From the sequence record SRR31156797_9296: a stretch of DNA of 37,808 nucleotides; one strand, written 5' to 3'. Shown piece by piece: positions 1 to 9,900 of this stretch (position 1 is the stretch's first letter; each line of letters opens with the position of its first letter). The translations under genes were made by a program, and so were the position numbers. Under the pieces are notes generated by a model. That model saw nothing but the letters and a program-made list of their open reading frames with translations, was not told the origin of the DNA and made no database searches.

Positions 1-31
<31 letters not shown>

Positions 32-180
32 CATCGTGAAGACCCAGTTACTATGCCACAGCCAAAGAAAAAGAAAACCGTTTTTTTATAAAAACGTGTC
101 TGTTTGCATAGGAAGTAAGCAATTGATGTTCCAATGGTTAAATATCCAACGCTGTTTGGATAGATTGTCTTTACCCAAAT

Positions 181-202
181 AAAAAAGCCTCCTTGCGGAG
201 GC
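181..202 (-). terminator. Intrinsic terminator of the DUF3332-like gene
   Basis: Hairpin GCCTCC-ttgc-GGAGGC flanked by an A-tract (U-tract on the minus strand), 20 bp after the stop at 222. Confidence 0.8.
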
Positions 203-221
203 CTTAGACAGAAATCTTTAA

Positions 222-758
222 TTAGATTTTTGACGTTTGGATGTAGCGATCCAGTTCTTGGTTAGAAACTGTCGTTACATATTCGTCATTCAAATAGAAA
301 GCAACGCTATCTTCGCCTTTTTCACCACGTAGGACTTTGTGAGAACCGTCTAGGTATGTCACATCCATCTGCATAGTATTTTCGTCGATTTGCTGCATGG
401 TTGCAGATTCAACTTGGTTATTTGATAGAGGCACTTCTGTCATAGAAGAGTCTAGGCTGTCGTTTACTTTAAGCATAGCATCAGCTGGAGTATCAACGAC
501 TGCCGGTGATTTACCAGAAAGTGGGTTTGTACCAGTCCAGAACTCTACCGCGTTAAAGATAAACAAGTCCGCAATAGAAGCGATACCGTAAACTGGAGAA
601 AGAAGTAAGAACATACCTTCACGAGCATAACGGTTATCAACGACTTCAAGGTTGAACTTAGTTACCATACCAGTCGTTGCCATTTGGCCCATACAACCAG
701 TTAGAGAACTTACACCTAGTGCCGCGACTACTGCTACTTTTATTGCTTTATTTTTCAT
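222..758 (-). CDS. DUF3332-family lipoprotein
   Basis: Signal peptide MKNKAIK with lipobox LTGC; motif ADLFIFNAVEFWTGTNP typical of DUF3332. Start placed at ATG 758. Confidence 0.8.
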   Translation of the reverse strand: MKNKAIKVAVVAALGVSSLTGCMGQMATTGMVTKFNLEVVDNRYAREGMFLLLSPVYGIASIADLFIFNAVEFWTGTNPLSGKSPAVVDTPADAMLKVNDSLDSSMTEVPLSNNQVESATMQQIDENTMQMDVTYLDGSHKVLRGEKGEDSVAFYLNDEYVTTVSNQELDRYIQTSKI

Positions 759-1106
759 TAAGATCACCACTGAGTTGGATAAAAATTAAGTGTAGTCAAT
801 CATTTGCGCATTGGGAAACATTTAGCCTGAATATTGACGTCAAATTTACATAAGACGATGAATTTCCTAAAAATATTCCATGTAATTATAGAGTTAGCGC
901 ACTTTTATTTGACTGAGTGATACATTATTAACTTTGTTTTTAATATGCAACCAATTTCGACGCATTTCACAAAAATTTGTTTATCGCGTTCAACAATAGA
1001 AATATCGATAGATTAAAAATCTCTGACTAGCGGTTCTAGTGTCGTGGTCTACAATAGGGGTTGAAGGCCATGCCATTCTAGACAACGTTGTAATAGGAGG
1101 TGCTAA

Positions 1107-1295
1107 ATGAATATTCGTGAAAGCATTGACGCACTAGAGCAACAGATTTATGTCGCTTGCTCAGAAGGTGATTACGAAACGGTGAATATGCTTGAAGCTC
1201 AACTTGAAATATTAAGAGGCAAAGCTGAACACCCGTTTGATGATGATCCTTACTCCTTAGAAGGTCGCACCTATCTTGATGATGACTGGAGTTAA
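1107..1295 (+). CDS. Small acidic hypothetical protein (62 aa) with UVR-like helical hairpin
   Basis: Very strong RBS TAAGGAGGT; followed directly by a terminator hairpin. Confidence 0.8.
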   Translation: MNIRESIDALEQQIYVACSEGDYETVNMLEAQLEILRGKAEHPFDDDPYSLEGRTYLDDDWS

Positions 1296-1297
1296 CA

Positions 1298-1328
1298 AAA
1301 ATGGGGAGCAAACATTGCTCCCCATTTT
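1298..1328. terminator. Bidirectional intrinsic terminator
   Basis: AAAATGGGGAGCAA-aca-TTGCTCCCCATTTT between convergent genes. Confidence 0.9.
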
Positions 1329-1340
1329 CAAAGTTAAACC

Positions 1341-1814
1341 TTAAAAGAACTTGATTTCCCCTCGCCCGCCGTTACGCGGCTTTGACTCAGTTTCATCTCT
1401 ACTTTCACTTTCAGGCGTTTTATTTGCCCGACTGGCTTGATGTTCAGCCGTCGGTTTAGCGTTAGTCGCACTTTTATTGTTTTGCTTAGCGCGACTTTTC
1501 TTTGATTTAGATGGCTGCGGCTTGTCAACTTCAACCTTTGGTTCCGTCACAGGCGCATCGCAAATCACCAAATAATACTCTTGATTAAACTCAATCAAAT
1601 CTCCATCGTACAACTTACGACGCTTACGAGTTTCGATTTCACCGTTTACAGCCACATACTCTTCCGTGATCGCATATTTTGCTTCACCGCCTCCACTGAC
1701 AGCGTCCGCGATCTTTAATACTTTATACAACTCTATCGGTTGAGTACTGACTTCAACACCAATCGCTTCAATTTCAACCTCGTCGCCCTGGTAATCAGCT
1801 TCGAATTCACTCAT
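1341..1814 (-). CDS. RNA-binding S4 domain protein (YbcJ-like) with charged low-complexity tail
   Basis: IELYKVLKIADAVSGGGEAK...VAVNGEIETRKRRKLYDGD S4/YbcJ signature. Confidence 0.9.
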   Translation of the reverse strand: MSEFEADYQGDEVEIEAIGVEVSTQPIELYKVLKIADAVSGGGEAKYAITEEYVAVNGEIETRKRRKLYDGDLIEFNQEYYLVICDAPVTEPKVEVDKPQPSKSKKSRAKQNNKSATNAKPTAEHQASRANKTPESESRDETESKPRNGGRGEIKFF

Positions 1815-2115
1815 TTTGTTAACTCTTAAAATATTTTCGCTAAGTTTAGCCTTTTACCCTTAAAGCGGAAACCCACAGTGCCAATTATTAAGGCAATTAG
1901 CTTTATCAATCATTGAACTCAGGGTTGGATTTAGAATGGAGGGGTTATTTATCAGCACAACATTTTTTAACTATCAGGGCTTGCTACTCGTCAAAATTAA
2001 CCGACAAATTATTCCTTTATTGAAATCAATGAACAGTTCGACGATGACAAGCGACAGACTAAGATGACAGAAACATTGAGCTGGTGGTAAACAACCCATC
2101 AATTCACGCACTCAC

Positions 2116-2166
2116 TTTCCTACATGGAAAGTTCCCTTTTCCACACCTTCTGTAAGAAACGCCCTA
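2116..2166 (+). promoter_or_regulatory. Putative EvgA/BvgA-type half-sites and RcsAB-like box
   Basis: TTTCCTACA (2116-2124), inverted TGTAAGAAA (2151-2159) and TAAGAAACGCCCTA (2153-2166) upstream of the regulator at 2215. Confidence 0.5.
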
Positions 2167-2214
2167 TAGTACACCCAGAAGTTAGTTCACAAGAATTTAT
2201 ATAGGGTATACAAC

Positions 2215-2808
2215 ATGACAATCAAAAATACTTCAGCACTTATTATTGATAGCTTTCCGATGGTTCAACAATCAATGAAGCAGATGCTTTCTGATAACCA
2301 CGGCTTCACTAACGTCCATCTTGCTAGTGATGCTTTTACCGCTGCGTCAGTCTTAAGACAGAATGATATCGATTTGATCATTCTTGATATCCAGCTAAGT
2401 GGCTTTGACGGGTTAGATTTCCTACGCCGTATGCGAGCAAAACAGTACGCGGGTAAAATCCTGTTTGTTTCAAGCAACGATCATGGCATGTACTCTGATG
2501 CTGCTAAAAAGATGGGCGCAAACGGCTACGTGTTAAAAACCGAAAGCGTCGATATCATTCAAGATGCGATTTCAAGCGTCACTCGTGGCTACAGTGTGTT
2601 TAAACACAACAGTGACAATGAGTTTGCGGCACTTTCTAAGCGTGAAACGATCGTTTATAACTACTTAGTTAAAGGCTTCACCAACAAAAAGATCTCAGAA
2701 CTGTTGTCAATCAGCACCAAAACGGTAAGTACTTATAAGAGCCGCATTCTAAACAAATGTAACGTAGATTCGATTATCGAACTGGTACAAATTAAAGAGT
2801 CTGCTTAA
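2215..2808 (+). CDS. NarL/EvgA-family response regulator (REC + LuxR HTH)
   Basis: IILDIQL phospho-Asp, YVLK, C-terminal LSKRE...GFTNKKISELLSISTKTVSTYKSRI HTH. Confidence 0.92.
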   Translation: MTIKNTSALIIDSFPMVQQSMKQMLSDNHGFTNVHLASDAFTAASVLRQNDIDLIILDIQLSGFDGLDFLRRMRAKQYAGKILFVSSNDHGMYSDAAKKMGANGYVLKTESVDIIQDAISSVTRGYSVFKHNSDNEFAALSKRETIVYNYLVKGFTNKKISELLSISTKTVSTYKSRILNKCNVDSIIELVQIKESA

Positions 2809-3704
2809 AACACCGCATACTTGTCGAGCTTTTGCTTGATAATATCTAACAACATCAAATGCAAGGGATTGCTTTTGTTACTTGCCTTAACACACCCAAC
2901 CAAAGATAAATTATCCGCAGGCTGAAAATCCGCAGGTAACTCTCGTAAAACGAACCTCTCATCCTCTAGTTTAAACGCCTGAATAATTGAAAAGCTATCA
3001 ACGGCTTCTAATGTATTTAACATTGTGGTTAAATTATCTACGTGAGCATAGAGGTTAAGTGTATGCCCTACCCGAGCTTGTACTTCTTCATGCAAACTTT
3101 TTATATCGTTCCGGCCACGAGCCTTTATACCAATGAAGGGCAACTTCAATATTTCATCATCAGTTAGCTCTGACAATCGAGCAGGAAGAAGAACACCGTG
3201 CTTCGTTTTTTTGATGTAGCTTTGATAGATAGACTTTGAAACGGTTGGATTAAAATAATTTACTGCTAAATCAACACTGCCATTAACGATATCTTGAGAT
3301 GTACTGCTGTCATAGGTAACCAGAGATACGGTAGCTCGCGGAAAAGTCTGTTTGAGTTTGAGTAGAAACTCAACACCCAGTTGAAGGTGCATAATGGGTA
3401 AAATCGCGACAGTAATGTCATCGGTGTAATGCTCACAATCGATCGTATCTTTAGCCAATGCCGTTTGGATAGTGTTTAAACCGTCGGTTAACGTTGGTAT
3501 CACTTGCTCGGTAAAAGACGTGGGCTCAAAACCTTGGGCATCACGTACAAACAGCTGGTCATCAAGCTGCTCGCGTAATTTTGAGAGATGTTTACTGACC
3601 GCACTTTCTGTCACACCTAATGCTCTACCCACCGCTTTTAAATTTCGGTGCTTGTAGAGAAGAACAAAGGTCTGAAGTAAGTTGTAATCTAAACTATTTG
3701 CCAT
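2805..3704 (-). CDS. LysR-family transcriptional regulator
   Basis: LDYNLLQTF...VGRALGVTESAVSKHLSKLREQLDDQLFVR HTH; 299 aa. Confidence 0.92.
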   Translation of the reverse strand: MANSLDYNLLQTFVLLYKHRNLKAVGRALGVTESAVSKHLSKLREQLDDQLFVRDAQGFEPTSFTEQVIPTLTDGLNTIQTALAKDTIDCEHYTDDITVAILPIMHLQLGVEFLLKLKQTFPRATVSLVTYDSSTSQDIVNGSVDLAVNYFNPTVSKSIYQSYIKKTKHGVLLPARLSELTDDEILKLPFIGIKARGRNDIKSLHEEVQARVGHTLNLYAHVDNLTTMLNTLEAVDSFSIIQAFKLEDERFVLRELPADFQPADNLSLVGCVKASNKSNPLHLMLLDIIKQKLDKYAVF

Positions 3705-3827
3705 TAAAAGTTCACTGTTATCCGTTTAGTGAAATGACCAATTATCCCATGTCTTTGCTGATTTTGATGTCAAGCATTGGTCATTATTAATATGCAATCT
3801 AACACTTTTAACATGCTTAATCGACCG

Positions 3828-3843
3828 TGTGACCTATCTCAGT
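3828..3843. promoter_or_regulatory. Possible CRP site upstream of LysR
   Basis: TGTGA-cctatc-TCAGT, 8/10 match to TGTGA-N6-TCACA. Confidence 0.35.
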
Positions 3844-3844
3844 T

Positions 3845-5182
3845 CTAATGTTTATCTTCGTAGAGTTTCTCATCTGCGCGTCGAATCACGGATTCCACCG
3901 GTTCATTTTCCATCATTTCTGCCACACCGACAGAAACACCCACCGTTAATCCATAGGGTGAGAATTTCATTTCTTCAACCGTTTGCTTAAGATTGCCGGC
4001 TAATCGCTCGGCGTTTTCCGCTTTGCAGCCAGGTAACACAGCTAAAAATTCATCGCCACCAGAACGAATTAAATAGTCGGTATCGCGGAACACTTGTCTC
4101 ATCGCTGTAGCAACCTGCTTGATCGCTTCATCCCCGACATGGTGTCCGTAGGTATCGTTAATCGACTTTAGCTTATTGCCATCAATCGCCAATATACTCG
4201 CACCATTCTCTTTAATATTGTTTTTAAACTCTACGGTTTCCATAATGTTGCGGTTCAGCAGATCCGTCATTTGATCACGCACGATGGTTTGTTCAGCTTC
4301 ACTCAGTTTAATTTTGCTCAGGTTAAGCTCTTTAAATCTTGAAATAATGTAACCACAGGCCAACCATAGAATAAAAAAGAAAGTAACCGTTTTATAAACA
4401 ATCGATAAAACCGGTATCTTGTAAACATAAACCGTTGAATTATCAGCAACATAGTCAATAGAGTAGGCAAACTTGCTGTCTGTCATATCACTACCGTAAA
4501 TGAAGTCATAGAAAGTGACGCCGTTGATCTCTTTCTTCTCAACGTGTACATCTCTCGCGCCTTCAAAACGATCCATGTAGATGTCAATATTGACATCACC
4601 AATGATTTTATTTTGGAAATAGATTGGGCTTGATACTGTGATATACATACCCGTATCTGCTTTGAATGGGTCTGAAATCAGGATTCGGTCGGATAACCGA
4701 CGTAATGGGGCCTCAAGTGCACAATTCCGTCTACCTTCACACTGATTTATCTCGATATCGCTGTCTTGATTGCTGACAGATGTGAGAGAACTGATGTATG
4801 AGCGATAATACATTACGTCTTGATCCGGTAAGATCGTCGGCATCTGGTCAACTAAGCTGTGAAACTCGTTCTCTATCGCGATTTCCACATTGCTTAATCT
4901 TTCGCCGGAATCAAAACGCTGGAAATAGCTATGGCTGTTGGCAAGCAGACTTTCGTCACCAGGCTCAATGGCGTCATATTTACCCACTTCACTTTCTAAT
5001 ATCTTGCTGGTGAAGAACAACACTTGGTTGTATTGAGCCATAGTTTTTGAGAATTTTTCAAACTCAAGTCCACGTGCGTTGATATGAGAATCAACATAGA
5101 AGAGCATAGTAATAACATAGAGCACTACGCTCACGATAAAGCTGGTTAGCACTATTTCTTTGATGTTCTTTTTTGTTTTCAT
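3845..5182 (-). CDS. Membrane-bound diguanylate cyclase (periplasmic sensor + GGDEF)
   Basis: Two TM segments; INDTYGHHVGD; RDTD I-site five residues before an intact GGDEF. Start at ATG 5182 behind AGGT (5188 or 5200 are alternatives). Confidence 0.92.
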   Translation of the reverse strand: MKTKKNIKEIVLTSFIVSVVLYVITMLFYVDSHINARGLEFEKFSKTMAQYNQVLFFTSKILESEVGKYDAIEPGDESLLANSHSYFQRFDSGERLSNVEIAIENEFHSLVDQMPTILPDQDVMYYRSYISSLTSVSNQDSDIEINQCEGRRNCALEAPLRRLSDRILISDPFKADTGMYITVSSPIYFQNKIIGDVNIDIYMDRFEGARDVHVEKKEINGVTFYDFIYGSDMTDSKFAYSIDYVADNSTVYVYKIPVLSIVYKTVTFFFILWLACGYIISRFKELNLSKIKLSEAEQTIVRDQMTDLLNRNIMETVEFKNNIKENGASILAIDGNKLKSINDTYGHHVGDEAIKQVATAMRQVFRDTDYLIRSGGDEFLAVLPGCKAENAERLAGNLKQTVEEMKFSPYGLTVGVSVGVAEMMENEPVESVIRRADEKLYEDKH

Positions 5183-5204
5183 GCTCATACCTACGCGCAC
5201 TGAC

Positions 5205-5813
5205 TTATATGATGTTTTTGTTAATACTCATCAACTCAACAATTGACTTAACATTGTACTTCTCAAGAATACGAGATTTGTAAGTACTGATGGTTTTCGG
5301 GCTCAGAGAGAGGATACTCGCAATCTCTTTGTTGCATTTACCGTCAACCAGATAAGTGAAGACCACCAATTCTTGTTTAGACAGTTGCACGTCTGTAGAG
5401 CCACTGTCTTTCATTAATTTATAGAAACTATAGCCGTTCAATATGCATTCGACTGCATCGTTGAGGATGTTAAGGTCTTCAGATTTACACACATAACCGT
5501 CAGCCCCCAATTTATAGGCAGTTTCTGAGTACAAACGGCTGTCGTTAGCAGAAATAAACAGAGATTTACCGGTAAAACCGTGTGACTTTATTCTTCTTAA
5601 CAATTCGAAGCCATCGGATTTGACTAGGTTTACATCGAGAATCAAAAAGTCTACGTTTTCTTTTTGGATGAAACGCTGTGCTTTTACTGGGTCTTGTTCC
5701 ACAACAACGTTTTCAAAACGACCACCTTTCTCCAAAAGTTGCTTAATAGCAGCACAGACTAAAGGGTGATCATCAACGACTAGACAGGTTGAAGAAGAGT
5801 TTGTTTGCATCAT
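5205..5813 (-). CDS. EvgA/RocA-like response regulator (REC + LuxR HTH)
   Basis: VVDDHP, LILDVNL, YVCK; LSKQE...NKEIASILSLSPKTISTYKSRI. Confidence 0.93.
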   Translation of the reverse strand: MMQTNSSSTCLVVDDHPLVCAAIKQLLEKGGRFENVVVEQDPVKAQRFIQKENVDFLILDVNLVKSDGFELLRRIKSHGFTGKSLFISANDSRLYSETAYKLGADGYVCKSEDLNILNDAVECILNGYSFYKLMKDSGSTDVQLSKQELVVFTYLVDGKCNKEIASILSLSPKTISTYKSRILEKYNVKSIVELMSINKNII

Positions 5814-5827
5814 TAAAGTTCGCCTCG

Positions 5828-6991
5828 TTAAGCAAATATTTCGTATTCAATATGCTGGGGTCTACCTGTGTAGTAGCCCTGACATAAATCGATTCCCATT
5901 GTTGATAGGTGTGTCCAGGTTTCTGAATCTTCGACACCTTCAGCAACAAGTCTCATGTTGAGCTGTTTCGCCATGGAAACAACCAGTTTTAAAATGGCAC
6001 TTTTACGATCGTCACTATGACAAGATTTAATGAGTGCCTTGTCGATTTTCATTTCAGTAAAAGGTAAATCCGCTAACTTAATTAGCGATGAATACCCTGC
6101 ACCAAAATCATCAATAGCAAGCTCGACGTCGTTTAAACGCAAGCGTGCAAAATTTTCAAACATGGTTGGACTGTGCCTGTACACTTCCATTTCTGTCATT
6201 TCGATAATGAGATTAGAAGGTTCAAATTCATAACGTTCGCAGTACTCCAGTACCTGAAACGCAAATTTAGGATCATCAAAATTGGCATGAGCGGCGTTAA
6301 CAGAAAGCGATCCCGTCAATTTCCCTGACTGGTAATCCTGTAATGCTTGCTTCAATACGTAGAAAAACAGACGTACATGCCACTGTTCTTCTTCGATGAT
6401 GGGTAGAAAAGCCGAGGGGGATATGTAACCGTATTTAGGGTGCTCCCAACGGATCAGAACCTCGTTACCGCCCGCTGTTTTATCTTCAAACAGAAACTGT
6501 GGCTGATAAAAATTGATCAATTGATTCGATTCAAATGCAGAATCTAAATCGCTGCGAAGGCACTGTATAACTTCCTGACTCACGCTGCGCTCAAAGTTAC
6601 TGTCAGCAACCATGTTCAATATGGCTTTGATGTTCTGATTCGAAATCGGCTTGGTTTGGGTTCCGATGACACTCAGACCAAGCTGCTTACACATCATTCG
6701 AGCAAGACCTAGAATGCTGTCATCATGGCCACTTAACAGACACAGTTTACCTTCATAGCCAGTGGCACTAAGTTGGTTTAAAAATGCTAAACCATCCACT
6801 TCTGGCATCGCTAAATCACAAAACACCAAATCAAAGGTTTGATTTTCACACAGTGACAATGCATGTTGTGCGCTTTGGGCAACTCTCACTTCTTCAACAA
6901 AGAAATGGGACAGTTGAATTTTTAAAGTAATACACTGAATCGGATCGTCATCGACAATCAATACACGTTGTATTTTAGGCTTGTTGTTCAT
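5828..6991 (-). CDS. REC-EAL c-di-GMP phosphodiesterase response regulator (RocR/VieA-like)
   Basis: IVDDDP, FCDLAMP, TKP receiver; EVLIRW, LSVN, IEMTE, IDDFGAGYSS, EMKID, VAEGVE, CQGY. Start ATG 6991 overlaps the kinase end. Confidence 0.93.
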   Translation of the reverse strand: MNNKPKIQRVLIVDDDPIQCITLKIQLSHFFVEEVRVAQSAQHALSLCENQTFDLVFCDLAMPEVDGLAFLNQLSATGYEGKLCLLSGHDDSILGLARMMCKQLGLSVIGTQTKPISNQNIKAILNMVADSNFERSVSQEVIQCLRSDLDSAFESNQLINFYQPQFLFEDKTAGGNEVLIRWEHPKYGYISPSAFLPIIEEEQWHVRLFFYVLKQALQDYQSGKLTGSLSVNAAHANFDDPKFAFQVLEYCERYEFEPSNLIIEMTEMEVYRHSPTMFENFARLRLNDVELAIDDFGAGYSSLIKLADLPFTEMKIDKALIKSCHSDDRKSAILKLVVSMAKQLNMRLVAEGVEDSETWTHLSTMGIDLCQGYYTGRPQHIEYEIFA

Positions 6992-9900
6992 TAATCCACG
7001 CCTTCGTTTGTTCAATGCTTGTCGTAATATCAGTGACAAGAACATCGAAAAGTTCAGCTAGATTCCCTTCGCGGTTTTGCATGCATTGTTCCAACTCGAG
7101 TGCACGCTTGTGTATGTTGGTTTCACCAATCGTTCCGGCTCCACCTTTGATTCGGTGGACCACGTCACGTAATAACTTTTTGTCTTCTTTTTCCTCTTTT
7201 AGGAGTTTTAGATCCGCCTGCATAGTATCAACATAAACCTGAGACAAAATCGTTGCGTCAGAATGGTCATAGTTGTCCAGCCAGAACGCGCCTTGAACTT
7301 GTGGAGAGGCTAAGAACTGAGCTAATAATTTGTATAGGTTTTTGATACCGTAAGGCTTATACAACACCGTATCAAAACCCGAGTTTTGCGCTTTTTCATT
7401 GGCGACACGTGAATCTTCAGCCGTACAACCAATTAAAGTCATATGACTCAATTCAGGTAGCTGACGAATACGATTTACAAGCTCGTACCCATCCATCACA
7501 GGCATATGACAATCCGTAATAAGTAGGTCATAAGTATTGGTGTTCGCTTGCAGTAGTTCTAATGCGACTAAGCCGTTATCAACAATATCGACATCAACGC
7601 CCAACTCATTCAGCTGCTGCTTAAACACCAGCTGGTTAATTGGGTTATCTTCAGCGACTAAAACTTTACCGTTTAACGGTACCAATACTTCTTCTTCGTC
7701 CGTGACCGCATGTTTCTCTGAACCAACAACCGCATCAAACAATAAATCTGCAAACAGCGGCGTTGAGTTAATGTCGACACAACAACCATTGCGATTTCTG
7801 AATGCATCGAGATTCTTACGCAGAACAATACAGTGCTTGCGACATAGCGTTTGATCAAACTGCGCTTCATCAAACACATCAATTTGTTTATCCGCAGCGT
7901 AGCTGCCGCTATTATTACTGGTCCACTTTTCTATCCACTGTGAGATCACCGGATCGGTACCATGGTATTTGGCGTAAACAATTTTTTGCGACTCACGGTA
8001 AGTACGCACCAGTTCGTAAGGGATACTGAATGAAATCGAAGAGCCGCTACCCACTTCACTATCAATATGGATAGAGCCACCCATCACTTGAATGAGGTTA
8101 TGTACAATCGATAACCCCAGACCGGTACCACCATAGCGGCGAGCAATGGTTGAATCTGCCTGGAAGAATGGATTAAATACCGTTTTAATCACTTCCTGAC
8201 TCATCCCCTCACCCGTATCGGTGACAGCAACGTGGATCTGCTTCTCGTCAACTTCCACATCAACGACAATTTTGCCAGCGTCAGTAAACTTGATCGCATT
8301 GGATAACAAGTTATTGATAATCTGACTAAAGCGAAGCGGATCAATACGCACGACTTTGACTTCACTTGGTTTCCAGTTAACTTCGAAATCCAACTCTTTT
8401 TTCTGTGCCGAAGCACAATGCACACGAAGTAGTTCACCCGCTTCTCTCAGTAGGTGACACTCGCGCAGATCTAACTCTAGCTGTTGTGCTTCTAATTTCG
8501 AGAAGTCCAAAATATCATTGACTAATAAATGCAAATGACGAGTAGAAGTGATGATGTTATCAATCATCATCAAGGTGTCTTCGTCGTCCGTACGAATTTT
8601 AAGCATCTCTAACAGTCCCGCCATGCCGGCGATTGGAGTGCGTAACTCATGGCTCATGCTGGCTAGGAAACGCTCACGAGACTGAACCGCTTGTTGCGCT
8701 GTATCATTAGCGGAACGTAAAGCCAGTTCTTGTTCTTTTTGTTCAGAGATATCGTTAACAACGGTTAATACGAATTCTTTCAAACCCGTCGGACCTTGAA
8801 TTTTGGTTCGATAATATTCAACCACCTCAAGGCCTGCGCTACAGGTTTCAACCTTCACTTCACGTTTGATGGTTTCACCCGACTCAATAACGCGCGATAG
8901 TTCTTCACTATTTTCAACGACTTTAGATCTATCAAGGCCACTTTGCGCCAAGCTGCAGTGCTTACAGCGTCCACTGGCAACACCGACACAATTGCTTAAT
9001 AGCAGTTTGTGGTTAACGTCATGGATAAAAATTTGATTCGGTAAGCCATTGATAATGCTCTGCAACAGCTTTAAGTCATCTTGAGTCTGCTGTGCGGCTT
9101 TTTTGGTAATTGACGCTTTGAGCTTAGTGTTCTTGTACCACAGGGCACCAATAAATATCAGAAGTACGATGATCCCAGCCAAGATAGATATACCAATAAT
9201 CACCATTGATTTATCGTAGCCATACACAACATTGAACGGCGAGTAATCGCTTTGTATTCTGCGCAGTTCACTATCGTTGATTGTGGTTGCTACCCCGTAA
9301 ATCAGGTCACTGAGCTCGGTATCGCCTTCACGTACGGTTAGTGAAACATCGACCTCTTTATATCGATTTCGATTGACGATCAATCGGCTTTCATCATCAT
9401 TGGTGATTAAGTAGTTCAGGATGTCTTCACGCACGTAAGCACGGCTTAACTCTCCCACTTTCAAATCATGGAACAGAGCCTTAACGTTAGTGTAGGTAAC
9501 CACTTTGTTACCAAAAACTTTGTTCTTAATGCTTTGATAAGCCGGACTTTCAGAGAACAGAACGCCTACCGCGCGCTTCTTGTTATCAACTCTGCTTTTA
9601 TAACGGACAGAGAAGTACTTGTTCGAAGTAATCGACTTAGACACTTCGGTCCAATTCAGGTCATGGGCGTCTAACTTAATTGAAGGCAGAAAATCGATAC
9701 TGCCGTTTTCAAGCATCTCTAAGGGTGTGTACCCATCAGCTATCGCAACATAGTCGAAACGCACTGACGTACGGCTTTCAACCAATTTTAATATATCTGG
9801 AATATAACCGACTAACTCACCGGTGGTATCTCGATAAAACAGCGGGTAAGAGTCTTCCCAAACCGTATAGCGAATAGTCTTGCTACCATTGTTTCTAAAG

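Noticed and set aside
2043-2069. GATGACA direct repeat 20 bp apart
   Set aside because: Only two short copies, compatible with chance; not a CRISPR or iteron array
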